Shown here: in pieces, positions 9,891 to 19,939 of the stretch
How the letters are laid out: every line of letters begins with the position of its first letter
Position numbering within the stretch: the stretch's first letter is position 1
NCBI GenBank assembly: GCA_965229645.1
Contig: OZ245893.1
Location: 2,335,572-2,399,571, forward strand
Source: Alphaproteobacteria bacterium
GTDB lineage: Bacteria; Pseudomonadota; Alphaproteobacteria; UBA7985
Length of the DNA stretch: 64,000 nucleotides
Direction: 5' to 3'
Notes under the pieces: generated by a model
The model's input: only the letters and a program-made list of their open reading frames with translations
What the model was told of the DNA's origin: nothing
Database searches by the model: none
Translations under genes and position numbers: made by a program

Positions 9891-10021
9891 TATACCAGCG
9901 GCGGCAGCTTTTGACTCGTAAATGCGTGGAGGCCTGAAATTTTTCGCCAATGATAAACTGCGTATCACGTCAATCACACAAAGAAATTGAATACGCGTCA
10001 ATTGATCCCGCCGCTGGTATA
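9891..10021. repeat. Short element bounded by perfect 14-bp inverted repeats TATACCAGCGGCGG/CCGCCGCTGGTATA (MITE termini) with an unrelated ~100-bp interior
   Basis: Termini match the MITE/IS630 ends. Flanking GAATTGAGAATGACCCTT resembles the MITE sub-terminal region. Confidence 0.55.
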
Positions 10022-10045
10022 AACCGCTTCAATTGCGGTCCGTTT

Positions 10046-11122
10046 TCACGCCCGAAAAATCGGCCAAAACAGCGCATGGGCCTGGGGTCCGCGAAAACCT
10101 TGGCGCGACACGCGCAGCTTGAAATGGTCGAGCCACCGCCGTTGATGGTAAAGATTGGCGTTGGATCGGGCCCAGGCTTGCAGCCGCGTCGCGCGGGGTT
10201 TGCGGCGGCGCTCGTAGGCGCGCAAATTGGGCGCGGTTTCGGCCAAGGCCCAGGCATCTTCGATGGCGAGCGCCGCGCCTTGGGCCAGGAAGGGCAGGGT
10301 CGGATGCGCCGCATCACCCAACAAGGCCACCTGACCCGCGACCCAGCGCGTTAGCGGCGGACGATCAAACAGCGCCCACCGCCGCACCTCGGTCGCTGCC
10401 GCCAGCACGCCCTGGACGGTCGGGTGCCAGCGCGCGAACCGACCGCGCAGTTCGGCGAGATCCCCTGGCAAATTCCAGCCTTCTTCGTGCCAGCCGTGCT
10501 GCTCGGTCACGCCCACGAAGTTCAGCGTCTCTGGCCCCAAATAGTAGGTCACTAGGTGCTGACCGGGCCCGACCCACGCGCAGGCGTCGGCGGGGATCTG
10601 TGTCTTCAAGTCTGCAGTCACCGTGACCGTTCCGCGCCAAGCCACCTGCCCAGTAAAGCGCGGCCGTTCGGGGCCGTTCATTTGGGTTTGCAGGGTCGAG
10701 TGCAGGCCATCGGCCGCGACGGTGAACTGGTCCGGCGCGTAGGCCTCGACCCGATGGCCCAACCGCACCGTCACCCCTTCGGCCAACAAGGCGTGGAGGG
10801 TCGGTCGGGCGATGTGCAAATAGGGCGCGCCGTAGAGCCGTCGGCACCAGCCCTTGAGCGGTGCGCGCATCAGGACCGTGCCCCTTTGCCCGTCGCGCAA
10901 GGTTGCGGCCTCGGGTTCGACGGCGGCGGCTTCAACTCTGGCGAGGAGGCCCAGACGGTCCAAGATGCGCGTGGCATTGGGGCTTAACTGGATCCCCGCC
11001 CCGAGGTGTTCGAAAGCGGGGGCTTGTTCATAGACTTGGGGCGCCCAGCCCGCCTGCGCTAAGGCATGGGCCGCGGTCAGCCCACCGATTCCCGCGCCGA
11101 CGATGATTGCACGCTTGCCCAT
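10046..11122 (-). CDS. FAD-dependent monooxygenase (UbiH/salicylate hydroxylase family)
   Basis: N-terminal GxGxxG: KRAIIVGAGIGGLTAAHALAQAG; C-terminal GDAAH motif. Confidence 0.8.
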   Translation of the reverse strand: MGKRAIIVGAGIGGLTAAHALAQAGWAPQVYEQAPAFEHLGAGIQLSPNATRILDRLGLLARVEAAAVEPEAATLRDGQRGTVLMRAPLKGWCRRLYGAPYLHIARPTLHALLAEGVTVRLGHRVEAYAPDQFTVAADGLHSTLQTQMNGPERPRFTGQVAWRGTVTVTADLKTQIPADACAWVGPGQHLVTYYLGPETLNFVGVTEQHGWHEEGWNLPGDLAELRGRFARWHPTVQGVLAAATEVRRWALFDRPPLTRWVAGQVALLGDAAHPTLPFLAQGAALAIEDAWALAETAPNLRAYERRRKPRATRLQAWARSNANLYHQRRWLDHFKLRVSRQGFRGPQAHALFWPIFRA

Positions 11123-11155
11123 GGTCCCCGCTTAGGCCTAGGGACCAGTCCTGTC

Positions 11156-12076
11156 ATGGCGAAAAAATCCAAAGGCCTTCCTCTCCACGGTTGGATCAAC
11201 CTGGACAAGCCCCTGCACCTAAGTTCCAGTGACGCGGTCCAAGCCGTCAAGGGGCATCTGCGACCTCGAAAAATTGGCCACGGCGGCACGCTCGACCCCT
11301 TGGCCACGGGCATTCTCCCCTTGGCCGTGGGCGAGGCGACCAAGACCGTCAGCTACGCCATGGACGGGCGCAAGACCTACGTCGCCCACGTTCAATTTGG
11401 CCAGGCGACCCTTACCGACGATGGCGAAGGCGAGGTTGTGGCAAGGTCGGACTTTCGTCCTGAATCGATCTTGATCCAAAAGGCCTTGCACGAGATGGCG
11501 GGGCGGGTACTCGATCAGCGCCCGCCTGCCTTTTCGGCCCTGAAGGTCCAGGGCCAGCGGGCCTACGATCTGGCCAGAACGGGGCAGGCTGTCGATTTGG
11601 CCCCGCGCCCGGTTTGGCTAGAGTCCGCTCGCTTGCTGTCCTACGACGGGCAGGTCGCGGTGCTAGAACTAGAGGTCGGCAAAGGGTTTTACGTCCGCTC
11701 GTTCGCTCGCGACCTGGGCGAACGGTTAAGAACGCGCGCGCACTTGGCGCAATTGAGGCGCACGGCTGTTGGGTCTTTTGCGTTGGACACGGCGATTTCG
11801 CTTGATTCTTTCCTGTCCTTAGACCATCGCGACGCGGTCGCAGCTCTGCTGCCGCTCGAACGTGTGCTGGACGACATCCCGGCCCTCGATCTTGGTCAGG
11901 CAGAGGCGTGGCGCCTCAAGTCTGGGTTGCCTACTGCCCTGGTCCGCCGATCCCTGCTGCCACAAATGGCAGGCTTGATTGACGGCCAGACGGTGCGCGC
12001 CCGGGTTGACAAGCGGTTGCTGGCCTTGTGCGAATTTAACAAGGCGCGGCTGAAGGTCATTCGAGGCTTCAATTAA
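11156..12076 (+). CDS. truB: tRNA pseudouridine(55) synthase TruB
   Basis: GWINLDKP...[11 protein letters not shown] catalytic-Asp motif; start MAKKSKGLP at 11156. Confidence 0.85.
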   Translation: MAKKSKGLPLHGWINLDKPLHLSSSDAVQAVKGHLRPRKIGHGGTLDPLATGILPLAVGEATKTVSYAMDGRKTYVAHVQFGQATLTDDGEGEVVARSDFRPESILIQKALHEMAGRVLDQRPPAFSALKVQGQRAYDLARTGQAVDLAPRPVWLESARLLSYDGQVAVLELEVGKGFYVRSFARDLGERLRTRAHLAQLRRTAVGSFALDTAISLDSFLSLDHRDAVAALLPLERVLDDIPALDLGQAEAWRLKSGLPTALVRRSLLPQMAGLIDGQTVRARVDKRLLALCEFNKARLKVIRGFN

Positions 12077-12110
12077 CGGGATCCCCCCAGCGAACCAAAG
12101 GACTGTTCCG

Positions 12111-12380
12111 ATGTCGGTTATGACCCTAAGCAAGCAGGAGATTGTGCAAAAATTCGGCCGCACCGCCGACGACACAGGCTCCCCCGAGGTGCAAATTGCC
12201 CTCCTCACCCATCGCATTTTGAACCTGACCGAGCATATGAAGGAGCATAAGCATGACTTCCACTCGCGTCGGGGCCTCATCATGATGGTCGGCCAGCGGC
12301 GTCGCTTGCTCGACTACCTGAAAAAGAAGGATGCGGCCCGTTACGCCGCCATCTTGGAACCGCTGGGTCTGCGGAAATAG
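12111..12380 (+). CDS. rpsO: 30S ribosomal protein S15
   Basis: 89 aa, canonical S15 sequence. Confidence 0.95.
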   Translation: MSVMTLSKQEIVQKFGRTADDTGSPEVQIALLTHRILNLTEHMKEHKHDFHSRRGLIMMVGQRRRLLDYLKKKDAARYAAILEPLGLRK

Positions 12381-12391
12381 ACCATCGCAAA

Positions 12392-12430
12392 AAGGGCGCT
12401 GTCAAGAGGGGGCGCCCTTTCCTCTTTTTG
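12392..12430 (+). terminator. Intrinsic terminator/attenuator hairpin after rpsO (AAGGGCGC-loop-GCGCCCTT followed by T-run)
   Basis: 8-bp GC-rich stem with 12-nt loop followed by TCCTCTTTTTGG. Lies in the rpsO-pnp leader, where such a hairpin is expected. Confidence 0.6.
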
Positions 12431-12610
12431 GCGTTTCACATGTCGTGGACCGCGCAAATTCACTAGAAAGGAAGCTCCGCTCGACCCCTTCGTGTCGAAC
12501 TTAGCCTTTCTCTGATGCATGACACAGGGACGGGCCGATGCAAACGGAACCCAGACAATGAGGGTTTGGTTGATCACCGCGCAAGGCAGAAGAACGGAAC
12601 AAATCAACTT

Positions 12611-14734
12611 ATGTTCAATATCGTACGCAAATCTATGGAATGGGGTGGCAGGACGCTCACCCTCGAAACTGGCCGTGTGGCCCGTCAGGCCGACGGCGCG
12701 GTCCTGGTCACTTATGGGGACACGGTGGTGCTTTGCACCGCCGTCGGGGCGGCCAAGCCCAAACCAGGACAAGACTTCTTTCCCCTAACCGTCAACTACC
12801 AAGAAAAATACTCCGCCTCTGGCCGCATTCCAGGCGGATTTTTTAAGCGCGAAGGGCGCCCGACGGAGCGCGAAACGCTGTTGTCGCGCCTCATTGATCG
12901 GCCCCTACGTCCCCTGTTTGCCGAGGGATACTTGTGCGAAACCCAGGTTGTCTGCACCGTCTTGTCCTACGATCTGGAGAACGACCCCGACATGCCTGCC
13001 ATGGTCGGCGCCTCGGCGGCCCTCACCTTGTCGGGTTTGCCCTTCATGGGGCCCATCGGCGGCGCGTCGGTTGGCTACCGCGATGGGGGCTATGTCCTCA
13101 ACCCCAAAGTTAAGGATCGCGGCGGCATGCTGCTCGACTTGTCGGTGGCGGGCACCAACGAAGGCGTGCTGATGGTCGAATCCGAAGCCTCGGAATTGTC
13201 CGAGGAGATCATGCTCGGCGCTGTCAAGTTCGGCCACGAGGCCTGCAAACAGGCCATCGACCTGATCATCGACCTGGCCGAGGACGCGGCCAAGGACCCC
13301 CGCGACATTCCCGAACCTGGCTACGACGCGCAGGCGTTGAAGGAAAAAATCGTCGCCTTGGTCGGCGCAGAGATCGAGGCGGGCTACAGCCTCAAAGAAA
13401 AAGACGCCCGCCGCAATGCCCTTGCTGCCGCCAAAGATCGGGCCCTTGAGGCCTTTGCCAGCGACGAAGCGGGTGAGTACGACGAAGCCGCGGTCGCCAA
13501 GGGTTTCAAGTCTGCCGAAGCCGATGTGCTGCGCGGCGCCGTTCTCAAAACGGGCCAGCGGATCGACGGACGCGACACCAAAACCGTTCGTCCCATCGTT
13601 TCGGAAGTTTCGGTTTTGCCGCGCACTCACGGCTCGGCCCTCTTTACCCGCGGGGAAACCCAGGCGCTTGTCACCTGCACGCTCGGGACGGGACGCGATG
13701 AGCAAATGATCGACAGTCTGGACGGTGAGTACAAATCGCGCTTCATGCTGCACTACAACTTCCCGCCCTATTCGGTTGGGGAAGCTGGGCGCATGGGCTC
13801 CCCAGGGCGCCGCGAAATCGGCCATGGCAAACTGGCGTGGCGGGCGATCAACCCGCTCATGCCCAATCAAGAGGAATTTCCTTACGTGGTGCGGCTGATC
13901 TCCGAGATCACGGAGTCCAACGGCTCCTCCTCCATGGCCACAGTGTGCGGATCGTCCCTGGCGCTCATGGACGCGGGCGCGCCGCTGAAAAAACCCGTTG
14001 CAGGCATCGCCATGGGCCTCATCAAGGAAGGGGACGACTTCGCGGTCTTGTCCGATATCTTGGGCGATGAGGATCACTTGGGCGACATGGATTTCAAGGT
14101 CGCTGGGTCTGCCGACGGCATTACGGCCCTGCAGATGGACATCAAAATCACGTCGATCACGCCAGAAATTATGGAAATCGCCCTCGCTCAGGCCAAGGAT
14201 GGTCGCATTCATATCTTGGGCGAAATGGACAAGGCGCTGGGTGCGGCGCGGGAAGGCACCTCCTCGCACGCGCCCCAAATCGTGACGATCCAGATCCATA
14301 AGGACAAGATCCGCGACGTCATCGGTTCGGGCGGCAAGGTGATTCGCGAAATCACCGAAACGACGGGGGCAACCATCGATATCGAGGAAGACGGCACCAT
14401 CAATATCGCCGCCTCGGACGCGAGCAAAATCGAGGCTGCTAAGACCTGGATTCAAGATATAACGGACGAGGCGGAAGTCGGCAAAATTTATCGAGGAAAG
14501 GTCGTCAACACCAAGGATTTTGGCGCCTTTGTCAACTTCATGAAGGGCAAGGACGGATTGGTCCATATTTCCAATATGAAGTACGAGCGCGTCGCCAAGA
14601 CCACCGACGTGGTTAGGGAAGGCGACGAAGTCTATGTCGTGTGCCTCAGCATCGACGATCGCGGCAAAGTCTCCCTGTCCATGAAAGACGTGAACCAAGA
14701 AACGGGCGAACGCCTCAAAAAAGGCGCCGCTTAA
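12611..14734 (+). CDS. pnp: Polynucleotide phosphorylase
   Basis: Start [16 protein letters not shown]; two RNase PH domains plus KH and S1 domains. Confidence 0.95.
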   Translation: MFNIVRKSMEWGGRTLTLETGRVARQADGAVLVTYGDTVVLCTAVGAAKPKPGQDFFPLTVNYQEKYSASGRIPGGFFKREGRPTERETLLSRLIDRPLRPLFAEGYLCETQVVCTVLSYDLENDPDMPAMVGASAALTLSGLPFMGPIGGASVGYRDGGYVLNPKVKDRGGMLLDLSVAGTNEGVLMVESEASELSEEIMLGAVKFGHEACKQAIDLIIDLAEDAAKDPRDIPEPGYDAQALKEKIVALVGAEIEAGYSLKEKDARRNALAAAKDRALEAFASDEAGEYDEAAVAKGFKSAEADVLRGAVLKTGQRIDGRDTKTVRPIVSEVSVLPRTHGSALFTRGETQALVTCTLGTGRDEQMIDSLDGEYKSRFMLHYNFPPYSVGEAGRMGSPGRREIGHGKLAWRAINPLMPNQEEFPYVVRLISEITESNGSSSMATVCGSSLALMDAGAPLKKPVAGIAMGLIKEGDDFAVLSDILGDEDHLGDMDFKVAGSADGITALQMDIKITSITPEIMEIALAQAKDGRIHILGEMDKALGAAREGTSSHAPQIVTIQIHKDKIRDVIGSGGKVIREITETTGATIDIEEDGTINIAASDASKIEAAKTWIQDITDEAEVGKIYRGKVVNTKDFGAFVNFMKGKDGLVHISNMKYERVAKTTDVVREGDEVYVVCLSIDDRGKVSLSMKDVNQETGERLKKGAA

Positions 14735-14744
14735 GCGGCGAGGC

Positions 14745-15527
14745 TTGCGCCACGCCATCGAAGCTGCTGGGTCTCAGGTGGGTCCAAACCTCGATGCGGC
14801 ACCCGATCCCCAGCGAGGGTCGCTATCGCTGGCCGAGCGGCTGGTGGTCGCCGTGGACGTGGCCGACTCGGACCAGGCCAAGGCCCTGATCGACCAGTTG
14901 GCCGATCTGGGTCCGATCTTCAAATTTGGCTTCCACACCTTGTTCGGGGGCGGCCTCGACCTGGCGCGCGATTTGGCGCGCCAGGGACACAAAGTGTTCT
15001 TGGACGCCAAACTGCACGACATCCCCCAGACGGTCGAGGGCGGCGTACGTGCTTTGGCCCGTCAAGGCTTCTGGTGCCTAACCGCCCATGGCCTTAGTCA
15101 AAATATCGCCGCGGCGGTGGCGGGCGCGGCGGGAACCGATTTGAAAATTCTCGGTGTGACGGTGCTGACGTCGATGGGCGCGCGCGACCTGCACCGGGAC
15201 GGCATCACGCGCTCCGTCGCCGACCAGGTAAGGGTTCGCGCCGCCCAAACCTTGCAGGCGGGCGCGCACGGCCTGATTGTGAGCCCTTTGGAGGTTGCGG
15301 GCTTGCGCGCAGAATGTGGCGACGGCCCCCTGCTGATAACACCAGGTATCCGACCCCCAGGCAGCGATCAGGGCGACCAGCGGCGCGTTGCCACGCCTGG
15401 TGAGGCCATTGCAGCAGGGGCCGACGCACTCGTCGTCGGACGCCCGATTTTGGCGGCGTCAGACCCCTTGGACGCGGCCAAGACCCTCCTAGATCAGATT
15501 CAAAGCGCGCTAAATTCAAGAAGTTGA
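14745..15527 (+). CDS. pyrF: Orotidine 5'-phosphate decarboxylase
   Basis: FLDAKLHDIPQTV and TVLTSMG motifs; start codon uncertain. Confidence 0.75.
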   Translation: MRHAIEAAGSQVGPNLDAAPDPQRGSLSLAERLVVAVDVADSDQAKALIDQLADLGPIFKFGFHTLFGGGLDLARDLARQGHKVFLDAKLHDIPQTVEGGVRALARQGFWCLTAHGLSQNIAAAVAGAAGTDLKILGVTVLTSMGARDLHRDGITRSVADQVRVRAAQTLQAGAHGLIVSPLEVAGLRAECGDGPLLITPGIRPPGSDQGDQRRVATPGEAIAAGADALVVGRPILAASDPLDAAKTLLDQIQSALNSRS

Positions 15528-17305
15528 GGATATCCATGCTCGATCAAACTTTGCCCACCTGGGATCTCAGCGATCTCTACGCGTCCCCTGAGGATCCCCG
15601 CATTGCTGCGGATTTGGCCGCCGTGGCCGACGAGGCGAAGGCGTTTGCCGCCGCCTACGAAACCAAGGTGGCGCAGCTTCCAGGGGCGGCCCTGGGCGCG
15701 GCCATCGCCGAACTCGAGCGCATGTCAGAAACGGCGGGCAGGATCAGCAGTTTTGCCTTCCTGCACTTTGCGGGCCAAGTGACCGACGCGGCGCGGGGCC
15801 GATTCCGCCAGTCGGTGAGCGAACAACTGACCGCCGCGCTCGAACCCACCCTGTTTTTCACGCTGGAGTTGCAGGCCATGGACGTGGCGGATCTGGATGC
15901 CAAACTGACAAACCCCGCCCTCGCCGCCTACGGGTCGTGGATTGACACCCAGGTTCGGCCCTTCGCTGCCTATCGCCTTTCTAAGGATTTGGAAACGTTC
16001 ATCGCCCAAGAAAGCAGCGTGACCCATGCAGGCTTCGTGCGGCTGTTCGACGAGACCATGGCGGCGCTGACGGTAAAGGTGCGCGGCCAGACTTTGAGCC
16101 AAGAACAGGCGTTGACCAATCTGCAATCCCCCGACCGGGCCCTGCGGCAGGAATCGGGCCAGGCCATGGCACGCGCCTTGGCCGAGCGGTCGAGCGTCCT
16201 CACCCTCATCACCAATACCCTTGCCAAGGCCAAGGAAATCGAAGATCGGACGCGCGGGCACCAAAGCCCCATGGCCGCCATGAATCTGCACAACGTGGTC
16301 GAGGACGAGGTCGTCGAGGCCTTGGTTAGCGCCGTCCAGCACGCCTACCCCAGGCTTGCCCACCGCTACTACACGATGAAAGCAGCGTGGCTGGGTTTTG
16401 ACAAGCTCAAGTATTGGGACCGCAACGCCCCCCTGCCTGGGACCGATTCCAGCGACATTCCCTACGCGGACGCGGTCGCCACCGTCCGCCAGGCCTACGC
16501 CGCGTTTTCTCCTGCTTTAGCGGAGGTCGCGACGCCGTTTTTTGATCGGAACTGGATCGACGTACCCGCCCGTCAGGGCAAGGCCCCCGGGGCCTTTGCG
16601 CACCCGACCGTGCCCTCGGCCCATCCCTACCTAATGCTGAACTATCAGGGTAAAGTCCGCGATGTCATGACCTTAGCCCATGAACTGGGCCACGGGGTCC
16701 ATCAGCGCTTGGCGGCCGATCAAGGGCTGTTCAAATCCTCCACGCCGCTGACCTTGGCGGAGACCGCGTCGGTCTTTGGTGAGATGCTCACGTTTCGGGC
16801 CTTGCTCGACCGCGATCAGCCCCCAGAACAGCGCAAACGGCTGCTCGCGGGCAAGGTCGAGGACATGCTGAATACGGTCGTGCGCCAGATCAGTTTTCAT
16901 GAGTTCGAGTGGGCCGTCCATGGTGCCCGCAAGCACGGCGAGTTGTCGAGCGAAGAGCTGAACCACCTTTGGCTCGATATCGCGAACAAATCCCTTGGGC
17001 CCGCCTTTGATTTGGACGCCGAGTACGGTGCCTTCTGGTCCTATGTGCCGCACTTCATCCATTCACCGTTCTATGTATATGCTTATGCCTTCGGGGATTG
17101 CTTGGTCAATGCCCTGTACCAAGAATACCAAGCAGCGCCCGAGGGTTTTGCTGAGAAGTATTTGGACCTGCTGCGCGCAGGGGGATCTAAGCGGCACGGC
17201 GAACTTCTGGCACCCTTTGGTCTGGACGCCAAGGACGCCAAATTTTGGGCCAAGGGGTTGAATTTTATCAGCGGCTTGATCGATGAATTGGAAGCTCTGG
17301 GCTAG
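15524..17305 (+). CDS. pepF: M3-family oligoendopeptidase F
   Basis: HELGHGVH zinc motif; alternative ATG start at 15536. Confidence 0.85.
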   Translation: MRISMLDQTLPTWDLSDLYASPEDPRIAADLAAVADEAKAFAAAYETKVAQLPGAALGAAIAELERMSETAGRISSFAFLHFAGQVTDAARGRFRQSVSEQLTAALEPTLFFTLELQAMDVADLDAKLTNPALAAYGSWIDTQVRPFAAYRLSKDLETFIAQESSVTHAGFVRLFDETMAALTVKVRGQTLSQEQALTNLQSPDRALRQESGQAMARALAERSSVLTLITNTLAKAKEIEDRTRGHQSPMAAMNLHNVVEDEVVEALVSAVQHAYPRLAHRYYTMKAAWLGFDKLKYWDRNAPLPGTDSSDIPYADAVATVRQAYAAFSPALAEVATPFFDRNWIDVPARQGKAPGAFAHPTVPSAHPYLMLNYQGKVRDVMTLAHELGHGVHQRLAADQGLFKSSTPLTLAETASVFGEMLTFRALLDRDQPPEQRKRLLAGKVEDMLNTVVRQISFHEFEWAVHGARKHGELSSEELNHLWLDIANKSLGPAFDLDAEYGAFWSYVPHFIHSPFYVYAYAFGDCLVNALYQEYQAAPEGFAEKYLDLLRAGGSKRHGELLAPFGLDAKDAKFWAKGLNFISGLIDELEALG

Positions 17306-17309
17306 CCTC

Positions 17310-17602
17310 ATACCAACGACGATTGAGGAGGGCTCTTATGATCGCCGGTATAAGGGCCGCGACTGCGGCCTCCCAAGCGGGCTCCAAGCCCGAAGGGCGC
17401 AGGGAACGCCCGCGCTCCAAACGCGCGGCCCCGAGTCAAACCAAGAAAGCGCCTTGGGGTATAAGCGTAGGCCCCGTCCTGCGGTCGGGCTGAGCGAGTT
17501 TAGCGAGCGAGTAGAGACCGCAACCCAAAAAGCCGAAATGCGAAGCATTTCTGCCGTGAGACACAAAACGGTCAAAAAAGTGTCAACTTTTTTGGCCGCT
17601 AG
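17310..17602 (+). mobile_element. MITE copy 4 (long form, modules A+B; 3' terminal repeat degenerate)
   Basis: ATACCAACGACG...GTGTCAACTTTTTTGGCCGCTAGC. The hairpin is GAAATGCGAAGCATTTC instead of GAAACGCGAAGCGTTTC, a compensatory double change that creates an ATG. Confidence 0.8.
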
Positions 17603-18479
17603 CCTCACCTCTCTTGTCGTTTCGCCCCTTGCGGGCGCGCAACCGCTCCGCTTTGCCACTTGGAACATCCAGAATTTTTGGCATGTGCCAGGGGAGTCCT
17701 TACGCGGGCCCTACCGGGGCCAAGATACGATCCGCACCGTTCAGGACTATGAGGCGCTGCACGCGCAGATCGCCGCGTTGGGCGCAGAAGTCTGGGCCTT
17801 GCAAGAAATAGGATCGCCCGCGGCCGCGCGGGCGCTGTTTCCCGCCCCCGATTGGCACCTGGTGTTTTCGCCTCGCTACGATCCCGAGGCCCCGCGCGAC
17901 ATCTATACCGCCATCGCCCTATCGACCGAGCGAATTCGGGTGCTGGACACGGGCCAGATCGACCTAGGTATCAATGGCCGCGACCGCGTGGGAACAACCG
18001 CGCTCATTGAGGTGGCCGATCAGCAGATCTGGATCGGCAGTCTTCACTTGAAAAGCGGATGCGCCTTTGACGATGTCACCGCATCCACTCGCCCTGCGTG
18101 CCCCGTTGTGGCGGCGCAGTTGGCGCGCCTGGAAAGCTGGATCGAAACCCATGCGGGGCAGGGGTTCATTCTTGGCGGCGACTTCAATCGCATTTTCATG
18201 GGCCGTCCCTACGGCGAGAATTCCCTTGATCCCACCTGGCAGTCCCTCAATGATTCACCGACCTATCCCTTGGCCCTATTCCCGTTCAGCCCGACGATCA
18301 CGTGCCACGCGTACCGTCCCAAAGACATGGACACATGGCCCATCGACTTCATCGTCGCCTCCCCTCCCTGGGGCACGCAAGCGCAGCCAGGCGTGCATGC
18401 GATCAACCAGGACAACCCGCGCCTCAGCGACCATTGCCCCGTGCTCGTGACCTTCGATCTGCCGCCAGGGGTTGATTAG
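17538..18479 (+). CDS. Endonuclease/exonuclease/phosphatase (EEP) family protein, secreted; start codon and signal peptide lie inside MITE copy 4
   Basis: The conserved EEP N-terminus (FATWNIQNF) begins right after the MITE. All in-frame ATG/GTG/TTG starts upstream of it (17538, 17556, 17580, 17592) lie within the MITE. Predicted signal peptide VKKVSTFLAASLTSLVVSPLAGA|QP. Confidence 0.65.
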   Translation: MRSISAVRHKTVKKVSTFLAASLTSLVVSPLAGAQPLRFATWNIQNFWHVPGESLRGPYRGQDTIRTVQDYEALHAQIAALGAEVWALQEIGSPAAARALFPAPDWHLVFSPRYDPEAPRDIYTAIALSTERIRVLDTGQIDLGINGRDRVGTTALIEVADQQIWIGSLHLKSGCAFDDVTASTRPACPVVAAQLARLESWIETHAGQGFILGGDFNRIFMGRPYGENSLDPTWQSLNDSPTYPLALFPFSPTITCHAYRPKDMDTWPIDFIVASPPWGTQAQPGVHAINQDNPRLSDHCPVLVTFDLPPGVD

Positions 18480-18493
18480 GGCGGCTGTTGTAA

Positions 18494-18688
18494 TACCAGC
18501 GGCGATTGAGAAGGACGCTTGAGTTCGCTGGTATAAGGGCCGCGACTGCGGCCCCCGTAGCGGCGCCGAGATGAGCTAAGAAAGCGCCTCGGGGTATAAG
18601 CGAAGGCCCCGTCGGAGGCGAAACGCGAAGCGTTTCTGCCGTGAGACATAAAACGGCTAAAAAAGTGTCAACTTTTTTCGCCGCTGGT
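18494..18688 (+). mobile_element. MITE copy 5 (short form), 3' terminus interrupted by IS4-family insertion
   Basis: TAATACCAGCGGCG...CTTTTTTCGCCGCTGGT then IS. The remaining terminus GCCGTTGGTAT reappears at 19913-19923. Confidence 0.8.
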
Positions 18689-19912
18689 CACAGTGCACGA
18701 CAGTAGTTGCTGAGGGAGCCGATATGTGCTTGCGGTGGGGGCTCTGCAACAGTGAATCGAGTATCCCCATGATCCGCAAAACCATCGACTCCCTCAGCGC
18801 CCAGCTATCGAACAGCGTGCCATTAAGCAAGAACCGTCTTGAAGTTTTGAGCCTAATGATTGTTGGAATGACCAGTTCTCGGACGCCGAATTTGAGTCAC
18901 ATAAGTTCGAAACTTCCCACGGCAGCGAAAATTCCGAGCACCTATCGCCGTATTCAACGTTTCTTCTCTGAAACAAACCTTGTTCAAGATTGGTCAGCAT
19001 TACTGATTGTACAGATGCTTAACCTTCCAAAGAGCTGGGACCTTTGTCTTGACAGAACCGACTGGAAGATAGGTTCCACACATATGAATATTCTGGTTCT
19101 CGCAGTTGTTACGCGGCGATATAGACTTCCGTTGATGTGGACCGTGTTGAATAAGCCAGGTTGCAGCAACACCGACCAACGCATTGATCTCATGAAGAGA
19201 TATTTGAACTTATTCGGAGCAAGCAGCATCAAGACCCTGTTGGCGGACCGTGAATTTATTGGCGCGGGGTGGTTGAGCTTTCTGGTTGAAAGTGGCGTCC
19301 AGACTGCGATCCGCCTCAGATCGAACCAGCGTGTTACTCTTGAGGATGGTACGCGTCAGAAATTGAGCGAAATAGTTGGGACCAAACGCACGCTTCAAAC
19401 ATTCAGAGGTTATCTTGAGAAAGACGAGCAAGGTAATCCCGTGTGGCTCAATTTTGCATCCAAATACATTGAGGGCAAAAAACCTAGAAGAACTAGGGAT
19501 CGGGAGGCCAAAAACAAATTCGGCGGAAAAGAACTTCTGATTGTCGCTACGAACGGAAATGCTGGTGATGCCATGAAAAGCTACAAACGTCGTTGGGCCA
19601 TTGAGTGCCTATTTGCAGATGCAAAAACAAAAGGCTTCAATCTAGAGGACACGCGCTTAACAATCACTAAGAAACTCGATCTACTTATGAGTATTCTAGC
19701 ATTGGCAATGACCTGGGCCACCAAAATTGGATCTGCAAAAATTGGAACAGCCCCGAGACCACGAGGTTCTCACGGACGATACAAAAAGTCTGTCTTCAGA
19801 ACCGGGTTTGACGAGCTTAGGCGGCTCATTCAGATGGAACCAGAAAAAGCATGCTGGTATTGGCGTAGGTCACGCCTGAGGACATCCTGAGAAGCTACTG
19901 TCGTGCACTGTG
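18689..19912 (+). mobile_element. IS4-family insertion sequence, 1224 bp, 18-bp terminal inverted repeats CACAGTGCACGACAGTAG
   Basis: Perfect inverted repeats at 18689-18706 and 19895-19912. GC is about 45% against about 65% for the host. Flanking 9-mers GCCGCTGGT/GCCGTTGGT form a possible imperfect target duplication. Confidence 0.8.
18724..19890 (+). CDS. IS4-family DDE transposase
   Basis: 388 aa; YKRRWAIECLFADAK fits the IS4 Y-x2-R-x3-E-x6-K signature. Confidence 0.75.
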   Translation: MCLRWGLCNSESSIPMIRKTIDSLSAQLSNSVPLSKNRLEVLSLMIVGMTSSRTPNLSHISSKLPTAAKIPSTYRRIQRFFSETNLVQDWSALLIVQMLNLPKSWDLCLDRTDWKIGSTHMNILVLAVVTRRYRLPLMWTVLNKPGCSNTDQRIDLMKRYLNLFGASSIKTLLADREFIGAGWLSFLVESGVQTAIRLRSNQRVTLEDGTRQKLSEIVGTKRTLQTFRGYLEKDEQGNPVWLNFASKYIEGKKPRRTRDREAKNKFGGKELLIVATNGNAGDAMKSYKRRWAIECLFADAKTKGFNLEDTRLTITKKLDLLMSILALAMTWATKIGSAKIGTAPRPRGSHGRYKKSVFRTGFDELRRLIQMEPEKACWYWRRSRLRTS

Positions 19913-19939
19913 GCCGTTGGTATAATACCAACGGAAAAA

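Noticed and set aside
12905-14758. Long antisense or alternative-frame ORFs within well-supported genes: 12905..14758 (-) inside pnp, 21845..22837 (+) inside sucB, 49694..50800 (-) inside the helicase, 52229..53041 (-) inside phrB, 15725..16363 (-) inside pepF, 47557..48435 (+) inside the MFS gene, and similar.
   Set aside because: This is the typical high-GC stop-codon depletion artefact. The opposite strand carries clearly recognisable conserved proteins.
18680-19921. Clean 9-bp target-site duplication for the IS4-family element.
   Set aside because: The flanking 9-mers differ at one position (GCCGCTGGT versus GCCGTTGGT). They are also MITE-terminus sequence. I report this only as a possibility.
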